21,892 bases of DNA. Origin: Candidatus Firestoneibacteriota bacterium (lineage in GTDB: Bacteria; Oederibacteriota; D2-FULL-39-29; JBDRBU01). The stretch lies in NCBI GenBank assembly GCA_043822305.1, contig JBDRBU010000083.1:1-21892 (forward strand). Reading direction: 5' to 3'. Positions 16,641-21,892 of this stretch are shown one piece after another (the stretch's first letter is position 1; the number at the start of each line of letters is the position of its first letter). Both the position numbers and the translations under genes were made by a program. The notes under the pieces were generated by a model. That model saw nothing but the letters and a program-made list of their open reading frames with translations. It was not told where the DNA came from and did not search any database.

Positions 16641-17093
16641 TTAATATGTTGTAAAAGAGTTTCCCTTAGTATCTGTTCCTATGCTATTGCAATGAATTTC
16701 TCCTGCCTCTGCTCCAGCTGTATCTGTCACATATGCCCATCCTGTCCCAGTTCCTATAGCGGCAACATTAGCCACTGCGGTTGTTGCATTAGAATTTTGC
16801 AATGGACTTGCTTTCGCCGGTGGAAGTGGCCACAAGTAACTCGTGAATGAACTTGTTAAATCTGTTGGCCATGTTCCTTCTTTCTCAGAATAGTAAATGG
16901 AAATCGATGAACGGATTGCAGCCACATTTCCTTTTGTTGCTCCTTCTCTTGCTTTCTCTAACATTTGAGCAAATCTCGGAATTGCTATAGCCGCAAGAAT
17001 TCCAATGATAGCAACAACTATCATTAGCTCGATAAGAGTAAACCCTTTCTTCCCTTTCTTCCCTTTTTTCCCTTTCTTTTCACAGCATCCCAT
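16641..17093 (-). CDS. Type IV pilin / pseudopilin (prepilin N-terminal methylation motif), probable major pilin
   Basis: KG|FTLIELMIVVAIIGILAAIAIPRF motif. ATG 17093 has AAAGGAGG RBS. Own consensus promoter and terminator. Confidence 0.9.
   Translation of the reverse strand: MGCCEKKGKKGKKGKKGFTLIELMIVVAIIGILAAIAIPRFAQMLEKAREGATKGNVAAIRSSISIYYSEKEGTWPTDLTSSFTSYLWPLPPAKASPLQNSNATTAVANVAAIGTGTGWAYVTDTAGAEAGEIHCNSIGTDTKGNSFTTY
17043..17078 (-). repeat. 9-bp tandem repeat x4 encoding (KKG)4 in the prepilin leader
   Basis: Plus strand CCCTTTCTT CCCTTTCTT CCCTTTTTT CCCTTTCTT. Confidence 0.9.
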
Positions 17094-17141
17094 CTTTCTC
17101 ACCTCCTTTCAAATTTTTTGTTTAGATTTTATTCATTATTA

Positions 17142-17170
17142 ATTATAACAAAATATATTCATTTTGTCAA
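17142..17170 (-). promoter_or_regulatory. Consensus sigma70 promoter of the pilin gene
   Basis: TTGACA-17 bp-TATAAT with TG extension. Confidence 0.8.
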
Positions 17171-17182
17171 TAGCAAAAAATC

Positions 17183-18115
17183 TTATTTAGTGCTCTGCTT
17201 CTTTAAAACTACTTTTTCCCATTCTAATAAAATCGGGCTGGCCACAAAAACCGATGAGTATGTTCCGATAATTACCCCAAAAAACAACGCTAATGAGAAG
17301 TCGTGTACAACTTCTCCACCCAATATAAGCAAGGCAACAATAATTAAAAGAGTTGTTATAGAAGTCATCATGGTCCTGTTTAAAACTTCATTTACACTTA
17401 AATTAATAATGCTCTCTAAACTTTCTTTAAATTTACTCTTTAGATTCTCTCTTATTCTGTCAAAAACAACAACTGTATCTGTTAAAGAGTATCCAGCGAT
17501 AGTAAGTATAGCAACAACTATAAGCAAAGTAAATTCTTTGTTTAGAAAATAAAAAATGCCAATAATACAAAAAACATCATGTAAAGTTGCAATAGCCGCC
17601 GCAATGCCAAATTTAAATTCAAATCTAAACCATATATAAATCGTGATCCCGAGCATAGCCAGTAAGATCGCCCAAAATGCTTGTTGTTTTAACATTTTGC
17701 TAACAACTGGACCGATATCCTCAATCCTGTCAATTGTAAATTCCTCTCCGGCAAGTCCGGTTTTAAATATCTGTGTTATATACTCTCCTAATTGTCCAAC
17801 TTTAATATTTGATTTTTTTATTCTAAGTAATACTTTCAATTTTGGCTCTCCATAAGCATCAGAAATCTGCTGGATATTAGCATCAGGAAGTCCGTTTTTA
17901 ATTAAAATCTCCCTAATCTTTGTAATATCAATTTCTTTTTTAAATTTCAATGAGACGACACTACCACCCGAAAAATCTATACCCAAATTGGCATTCCCTA
18001 AAGCAATTTGTATAATGCCTATTATGCCTCCTATGACTAATATAGCCGATAAAAAATACGCAACAAACCTTAATCCTACAAAATCAACCTTTGGGTTTTT
18101 AAATATTTGAATCAT
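17183..18115 (-). CDS. secF: Protein translocase subunit SecF
   Basis: NLGIDFSGG, IGPVVS, FRFEFKFG, LHDV, LTIAGYSLTDTVVVFDRIREN, LNRTMMTSITT and GTYSSVFVASP. AGGAGG RBS. Confidence 0.96.
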   Translation of the reverse strand: MIQIFKNPKVDFVGLRFVAYFLSAILVIGGIIGIIQIALGNANLGIDFSGGSVVSLKFKKEIDITKIREILIKNGLPDANIQQISDAYGEPKLKVLLRIKKSNIKVGQLGEYITQIFKTGLAGEEFTIDRIEDIGPVVSKMLKQQAFWAILLAMLGITIYIWFRFEFKFGIAAAIATLHDVFCIIGIFYFLNKEFTLLIVVAILTIAGYSLTDTVVVFDRIRENLKSKFKESLESIINLSVNEVLNRTMMTSITTLLIIVALLILGGEVVHDFSLALFFGVIIGTYSSVFVASPILLEWEKVVLKKQSTK

Positions 18116-18136
18116 TTTCCCTCCTAATTAACTTTA

Positions 18137-18165
18137 ATTATACCAGAAAAATTTATTTTCTTCAA
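18137..18165 (-). promoter_or_regulatory. Sigma70-type promoter of secF
   Basis: TTGAAG-17 bp-TATAAT with TG extension. Confidence 0.6.
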
Positions 18166-18187
18166 CAAATATCTACTTCAAATAAAT

Positions 18188-18727
18188 CTACTTCACATAC
18201 TGCTCTAAATCTTTTAATGTGTTAATATTTACAATTCTATCAGCCGGTATCTCTTTAACCTTCATCTGTTTATAAAAGTTTATTATTTTTAAATCCCCTC
18301 TTTCCAAATTTCGTTTTATTGGCTCTATGCAATTTTTTGAATAAATAGCAAATAAAGGCTCAAAGCCCTTATTAGTTTTTGGAACGACCACATCAAACCC
18401 TTCTGATCCGATTATTAATTGTTTTATTAAATCGGGAGCAACATCAGGCAGATCACATGCTATAAAAAAAACTTTAAAACCCGAAGACATGACTAAACCT
18501 GTATATATCCCTCCCAGAGAACCAGCACCAGGAATAATATCTTCTTTCATCTCAACTTTTAAAAATTCATAATCATCCGGTTCATTCGTGATAATAATAA
18601 TTTTATCAAAAAACGGTTTAATGGAATTTATAACCCTCTCGATAAGGGTTTCATAACCTATTTTAAACAACGCCTTATTAGAACCAAATCTTTTACTTTT
18701 ACCACCGGCTAAAATACATGCATTCAT
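18188..18727 (-). CDS. mobA: Molybdenum cofactor guanylyltransferase
   Basis: ILAGGKSKRFGSNKAL, GSLGGIYTGL, ACDLP, EPLFAIYSK and NINT..DL. ATGA overlap with moeA. Confidence 0.92.
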   Translation of the reverse strand: MNACILAGGKSKRFGSNKALFKIGYETLIERVINSIKPFFDKIIIITNEPDDYEFLKVEMKEDIIPGAGSLGGIYTGLVMSSGFKVFFIACDLPDVAPDLIKQLIIGSEGFDVVVPKTNKGFEPLFAIYSKNCIEPIKRNLERGDLKIINFYKQMKVKEIPADRIVNINTLKDLEQYVK

Positions 18728-19956
18728 GACTTTAATAATATATTTACATAATCAAATAATTCAACATCAACAAGACTACCACCCCTGACAAATGAAGTTT
18801 CTTCCGGCAGCATTAAATATCCATCGGCTAAAACCATTGAGATTAAAATACCCGACCCTTGTGGCCCTGTAATTTCTGCTGTCCATCCATCTTTTCCTTT
18901 GCTTACCCACGCACCACCAGAGGGTGCGGGGTTTACTTTTACTCTGACAAACTCTCTCCGGCCTGTTTTTTTTCTATAATCGTTTTTAAAATTTGCTTTC
19001 ACAATTCTTTTCTTGTATGTCTTTCCCATCATTTTATATAAAGCTGGTTTCACAAACTGGTCAAAAGTTACCATAGCTGAAACAGGATTTCCCGGAAGAC
19101 CAAAAATTGCTTTTTGTTTTATTTTTCCAAAAACAAGTGGCTTACCTGGTTTTATAGCCACTCTCCAGATATCAAGACTACCTTTTAATTTAGTTATTAC
19201 ATCTTTAACAAAATCATACTCACCGACTGAAACCCCTCCAGAAGTTATTAAACAATCGTACTTTAACGCCAGTTTGATTTTTTCTTTTAAATCGTTTTCC
19301 GTGTCCTTGGCAATTCCCAGAAGTACGGGAATTGCTCCACAGAGTTCAACTAAAGAATAAAGTGAATAACTATTAGAATTTCTAACTTTTCCTTCTTTTA
19401 GAACTTTATTAATATCAATTATTTCATCGCCCGTAGCCAGTATAGCCACTTCTGGCCTTTTAATAACACTGACTTTAGAAATCCCCAGAGAAGCAAGTAT
19501 CCCTATATCTGGCGGTGTTAAAACTTTTCCAGATTTGATGATTAACTCCCCTGCTTTTACACTTTCTCCTAGAAATCTAATATTTTCACCTTTTTCTACT
19601 TTTCTAAAAACCTTGATGGTTTGACTATCAACAACTTCTGTATCTTCAAGCATGACCACAGCCTCAGCTCCTGCTGGAATTTTCAAACCAGTTCGTATCT
19701 TGACTGTCGTCCGCCTTGCAGAAATTCCATCAACTACATTTAATATAACCGGATTAGTTTTAGAAGCATTATATGTATCATCTGCACGAACAGCATATCC
19801 GTCCATGGCTGAATTATCAAAGTGTGGTATATCTTCAGAAGAATAAATATTTTCTGATATAACTAAACCGGATGTTTTTAAAATAGGCATCTTAAAAGCA
19901 GGTAAAACTTCTACCGAGTTCAATATTTCCAATAAAGCTTCTTCGTATTTTAACAT
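18724..19956 (-). CDS. moeA: Molybdopterin molybdotransferase MoeA
   Basis: P.FDNSAMDGYAVR, ATGDEI, RNSNSY, ITSGGVSVGEYDFV, IKPGKP, FGLPGNPVS and QGSG. Confidence 0.95.
   Translation of the reverse strand: MLKYEEALLEILNSVEVLPAFKMPILKTSGLVISENIYSSEDIPHFDNSAMDGYAVRADDTYNASKTNPVILNVVDGISARRTTVKIRTGLKIPAGAEAVVMLEDTEVVDSQTIKVFRKVEKGENIRFLGESVKAGELIIKSGKVLTPPDIGILASLGISKVSVIKRPEVAILATGDEIIDINKVLKEGKVRNSNSYSLYSLVELCGAIPVLLGIAKDTENDLKEKIKLALKYDCLITSGGVSVGEYDFVKDVITKLKGSLDIWRVAIKPGKPLVFGKIKQKAIFGLPGNPVSAMVTFDQFVKPALYKMMGKTYKKRIVKANFKNDYRKKTGRREFVRVKVNPAPSGGAWVSKGKDGWTAEITGPQGSGILISMVLADGYLMLPEETSFVRGGSLVDVELFDYVNILLKS
18907..18936 (-). repeat. Intragenic palindromic element in moeA
   Basis: Minus strand GTAA-ACCCCGCACCCTCTGGTGGTGCGTGG, followed by a second GTAA. 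The 27 bp at 18910-18936 are the exact reverse complement of 21293-21319. Confidence 0.9.
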
Positions 19957-19977
19957 AAATCACCTCAGGACATAATA

Positions 19978-20553
19978 CTATATATCAAGAGTTTTTGCAA
20001 TCTTTAAACCCAAGTTAAATGCTTTTTTTAAAAAATCAGTTTGTTTTAAAACACTACCTTTCTTATTTACTCCCAGGCAAAAGAGTTCTTCTGTATAATC
20101 AACATCAATTGTAACAAAAAAATTCTGAACAATAGATTTAGCATTATCAAAAAATTTACTAATTTTTGACCCTTCAACAGAAATAAAAACGCCCGGTTTT
20201 CTCTTTTTAATCGGAACTGATTTATAAACATATTTAGCCATCCATAAACATTGAAATCTGTCTATCATTATTTTTGTTTGGGCACTTAAACTTCCAAAAA
20301 ATATTGGCGATGCCAAAATTATGCCCTGGGCCTTATCTATTTTTTTGTAAACCATTTGCAGATCATCGTTCACAATACAAACACCGTCTTTTCTCGCATC
20401 CAAACATTCCAGACAAGGTTTAAGGTTAAGATTGTTTAAAATGATTTTTTCAACATCTGCTCCAACACTTCTTGCTCCATTTAAAGCATGATCAAGCAAT
20501 ATATCCGTATTACCACCAATTCTTGGACTACCGTTTATACCTAATATTTTCAT
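19978..20553 (-). CDS. Flavodoxin-like iron-sulfur flavoprotein / NADPH-dependent FMN reductase family protein
   Basis: MKILGINGSPR.GGNT, PC..C.......C..NDD and ILASPIFFGSLSAQTKIMIDR. Confidence 0.88.
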   Translation of the reverse strand: MKILGINGSPRIGGNTDILLDHALNGARSVGADVEKIILNNLNLKPCLECLDARKDGVCIVNDDLQMVYKKIDKAQGIILASPIFFGSLSAQTKIMIDRFQCLWMAKYVYKSVPIKKRKPGVFISVEGSKISKFFDNAKSIVQNFFVTIDVDYTEELFCLGVNKKGSVLKQTDFLKKAFNLGLKIAKTLDI

Positions 20554-20562
20554 CTTAGTTTT

Positions 20563-20590
20563 ATTATATCATCGAAATACTTATTGTCAA
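20563..20590 (-). promoter_or_regulatory. Consensus sigma70 promoter of the flavoprotein-moeA-mobA operon
   Basis: TTGACA-16 bp-TATAAT with TG extension, 9 nt before the ATG. Confidence 0.7.
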
Positions 20591-20632
20591 ACAAAATATT
20601 TAATAAATTAGTTTTTTTGTCATAATACTCAT

Positions 20633-21379
20633 ATGCTAAAGTTTATATTTTACTTATTTCTTTTATTCTTCCCTTTAAACATATATTCAAAAGATTTAAA
20701 TACAATAATTCTGGCCACAACAACAAGCGTTTATGATACCGGACTTCTTGATGTCATCCTACTTGTCTTTGAAAAAAAAACTGGACTTAAAGTAAAAGCA
20801 ATTGCCATTGGAACCGGACAAGCATTAAGCATGGCCGCCAGAGGTGAAGTGGATATATTACTCACGCATTCTCCAGAAGAAGAAAAAAAGTTCATAAATC
20901 AAGGTTATGGAATAAACAGAAAATTAGTTATGCATAATTACTTTATTCTAGCCGGGCCAGAAAGTGATCCAGCAAATCTTAAACAGGCAACAACCATTAG
21001 CGCTGCCTTAAAAAGAATAGCGGAAACTAAAGCCAATTTTGTTTCGAGAGGAGATAACTCAGGCACACATATTAAAGAAAAATATTTATGGGAAAAAGCT
21101 GAAATAGTCCCTGATAAAAAGTGGTATATTGAGTCCGGGACTGGAATGGCCACGACATTACAGATTGCCAACCAGAAAAATGCTTACTTGTTATCAGATA
21201 TTTCAACATTTCTTGCTTTAGAAAAAAATCTATCTCTTAAAATTTTATTTAAGAATGATAAAGACTTGTTAAATAAATATCATATCATGGAGGTAAACCC
21301 CGCACCCTCTGGTGGTGCGAAATTTAAAGATGTTAATCATGAAGGTGCAAAAGCTTTTTCAAATTTTTTCCTCTCATAG
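20633..21379 (+). CDS. tupA: Tungstate ABC transporter substrate-binding protein, C-terminally truncated
   Basis: LATTTS.YDTGLLD, GTGQAL, D.LL.HSP, MHNYF, FVSRGDNSGTH.KE, GMA.TL..A and LLN.YH..EVNP. Ends abruptly at FFLS-stop where an ATPase frame begins. Confidence 0.88.
   Translation: MLKFIFYLFLLFFPLNIYSKDLNTIILATTTSVYDTGLLDVILLVFEKKTGLKVKAIAIGTGQALSMAARGEVDILLTHSPEEEKKFINQGYGINRKLVMHNYFILAGPESDPANLKQATTISAALKRIAETKANFVSRGDNSGTHIKEKYLWEKAEIVPDKKWYIESGTGMATTLQIANQKNAYLLSDISTFLALEKNLSLKILFKNDKDLLNKYHIMEVNPAPSGGAKFKDVNHEGAKAFSNFFLS
21293..21319 (+). repeat. Intragenic palindromic element in tupA
   Basis: GTAAACCCCGCACCCTCTGGTGGTGCG, identical to the moeA copy and read in the same frame (VNPAPSGGA). 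Confidence 0.9.
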
Positions 21380-21774
21380 GACTACTTCAAAAACCTGATA
21401 AAGGAGAAATTATATTTAATGGGAAAAATGCAAACAAAAATATTTTTAAAAACAGGCAAACAATCGTTACGGTTTTTCAGGAACCACTTTTATTAAACAA
21501 TTCTGTTTATAATAATGTAGCTTTAGGACTTAAACTAAGGAAAATAAATAAAAAAGAAATCGAAAAAATGGTCCAGCCTTGGCTTTCAATATTAGGTATT
21601 GAGTATTTAAAACATAAAAATGTTAAAAAAATCTCAAAAGGTGAATCCCAGAGAGTAAATCTGGCCAGGGCATTTGTTATTAAGCCAAAATTAATATTAC
21701 TTGATGAACCTTTTTCAACGCTTGATACTCCAACCAAAAATGAACTTTTATACGACCCAACTTCCGCAGTTTAA
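21373..21774 (+). pseudogene. tupC: Internal fragment of an ABC ATPase (TupC-like) lacking Walker A and the C-terminus
   Basis: Open frame LIGLLQKPDKGEIIFNG...TVFQEPLLL..SVYNNVALGL...ISKGESQRVNLARAF...LILLDEPFSTLD, which stops soon after the D-loop. No start codon or GxxGxGK upstream. Confidence 0.8.
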
Positions 21775-21892
21775 AAAAAATAGCTCTGGTATCATTGAAG
21801 TTACAACTTTTTATCACTATGTTTTTGATCTCACTGAAAACTTTTTAACATCTAAAGGATTTGAATTTAGTCCTAATTTATTATAAATTTCT

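Noticed and set aside
17079..17093. MGCC plus polybasic stretch as a eukaryote-type myristoylation/palmitoylation signal
   Set aside because: It lies in a cleaved bacterial prepilin leader, and the resemblance has no other support.
6397..19846. Short ORFs antisense to the sprA-like gene, lptG, the cargo gene, secF and moeA
   Set aside because: They lie within or mostly within long conserved genes on the opposite strand and have no independent evidence.
18910..21319. The two 27-bp copies as terminal inverted repeats of a 2.4-kb transposon or invertible segment
   Set aside because: Both genes continue with family-typical sequence on each side of the copies, and no recombinase is encoded between them. 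Independent insertions explain it better.
20938..21737. Minus-strand ORFs 20938..21171 and 21507..21737
   Set aside because: Shadows of tupA and the tupC fragment.
21568..21774. 68-aa ORF as an independent gene
   Set aside because: Its ATG is internal to a longer ABC-ATPase fragment that begins near 21373.

Overview
AT-rich chromosomal window from a diderm bacterium. No rRNA, tRNA, CRISPR array or intact transposase/integrase was seen. From left to right it contains: (1) an integron-type attC site closing a small-protein/aspartyl-protease gene pair that is interrupted by GC-rich palindromes; (2) a minus-strand run of MORN-repeat/CsgG-like protein, orphan antitoxin-like protein, PAP2 phosphatase, GT4 glycosyltransferase, comF and a ~1685-aa SprA/Sov-like outer-membrane barrel; (3) divergent lptFG; (4) a PorV/PorQ/PorP-like barrel directly downstream of a beta-propeller protein with a FlgD-Ig/T9SS-type C-terminal domain; (5) a type IV pilin and a lone secF; (6) a mobA-moeA-flavoprotein operon facing a deleted tupABC tungstate transporter. 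The two main signals are a clustered, compact type IX secretion-like module and a family of short palindromic DNA elements. One exact 27-bp copy of these elements sits in frame inside two unrelated genes, moeA and tupA. All family calls come from motif recognition by eye, not from database searches.
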